Positions 62,625 to 64,000 of a stretch of 64,000 nucleotides of DNA are shown one piece after another (the stretch's first letter is position 1; each line of letters starts with the position of its first letter). The notes under the pieces are model-generated. The model worked only from the letters and a program-made list of their open reading frames with translations, was not told the DNA's origin and did not search any database. Position numbers and translations under genes: made by a program. Source of the stretch: Tubulanus polymorphus (Eukaryota; Animalia; Nemertea); contig NC_134029.1 of assembly GCF_964204645.1 (NCBI RefSeq), positions 19,524,950 to 19,588,949 on the forward strand. Reading direction: 5' to 3'.

Positions 62625-64000
62625 TCATAGGCTTAAAATTGTTTCTGAAAATAATTTTCGTGAAACCCCAGCTATACGTGAGAATATTTAGGCGACTTAG
62701 AGATAAGCCGAAAGATCCGCACTCCGTTTTTATCCCGATGTTAAGAAGCGCTGACAAAAAAACGGGCAATCGCAGCCTACCGAGCATTCAGTGACACAAT
62801 ATGGCTGCCAGACAGCTATCGTGAATAATAAAAGCGTACTCCCGGTAGGGATTTACCCTCCACAATATTGTATATAAAGTGTATACATGATATCGCTGAA
62901 CCGGGGAAAATAATTTCATCTGATGCGTTTCAACGATATTCATATCATAAATGTCGAAGCAGCTCGTTCGAAGGAGGAGACTTTTTCTTTATGTTCAGTC
63001 ACATTTATGTATAACAACATCTCGTGTATCGGTACGAACTGTTCTCCCTCTCCCGCCAGGCCGCGCGTGCTAATGCGATATATTTGTTCGGGTGAAATAA
63101 GCACACATATACCGAAACTCGTCCAGATCGGCAATCAGATGTCCCCATGGAAGCCAACGATAACTGCCTCGCGTTATCAAAATAAATGGCTACGTTCGAC
63201 ATAACCATTAGCCGTGTTTGGAACCAAGAAGCCTATTATTACACGGTCATACGTCAATCTATTATTTCTATTGTGCGGACGATATGCAATTCTTCTTCGT
63301 TCAGGAATGCTGCCGAAGTATCTCCCTAATTTAATTTATCGCGCCCGAAATTAAACGCCGCTCGAGTGTTTTCGGTAATATACGTCGCTGGCGCCGGCGA
63401 GATCTGGCAGATCTGGCGCTGCGCGTGGAATGTATCCGACGTAGCTCGCGCATGCATCGACTTCGAATTCATTAATGTCTACTCAAAATTGTATCCAAGT
63501 TGGGTATTTTAGCGAACAAAATGCCAGTGGATCTGCTACGTGTTTCAGCTGTGAATCAGAACATCTTCAAAATTCGGATTGAAGGAGCTGAACCCCTGTG
63601 GAAAGCTATGATGATGAAAACTAAGAATTGATAATTGAAATGCGAAGTTTTGGAAATTTGAATTTGAACATAGATGAATAAACATGCAAGACATGATTTG
63701 TAAGTTGTTTTGAAATCATCACTGAAATACCAATTCTACACAAGTTCTCGATGTTCGGTTGGTGTTAGGCAACCGACCCTCGGCAAGCGATATGCCTCTG
63801 AATACATAAATCAAAACAATTTCGTATTTACCAAAGTACCATATCATACGAACTGTATATAGCTTACACTCCAAAGAGTTCGCAAATTTGTTTCTACATC
63901 ACCGCTGACTGCCCTTTATGGATGCCGACTTGTAGGGTTATCGTTGATTTTCGCTCGTACCAATACCAGATGAGAAAGATTGAATTGTTCATCGAAGCAT

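Overview
This is eukaryotic (animal-like, probably invertebrate) non-coding DNA: AT-rich, with no obvious CpG depletion and no credible protein-coding ORF. All ORFs are 154 aa or shorter, none has a recognisable domain, and several sit on repeats. The window reads as the upstream or long-intron landscape of a + strand gene whose coding exons I cannot find here. Splicing and promoter signals: a candidate recursive splice site (pyrimidine tract-CAG|GTAAG at 28921-28948) and two candidate alternative non-coding first exons (~42120-42575, ATG-free; ~49579-49908). Small mobile elements are dense: (1) 11 copies of a modular MITE with AGCCCAACGCACACGA termini and TNA-type flanks, one of which has expanded internally into a 68/84-bp tandem array; (2) two short insertions carrying a minimal Penelope-type hammerhead ribozyme motif (14109-14330, 26077-26183); (3) a complete tRNA-derived SINE with a 14-bp TSD; (4) two copies of a second tRNA-like repeat; (5) a 78-bp P-like MITE with a 7-bp TSD; (6) several other foldback elements and minisatellites. 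All coordinates were read by eye. Family assignments are inferences from terminal signatures, not database hits.
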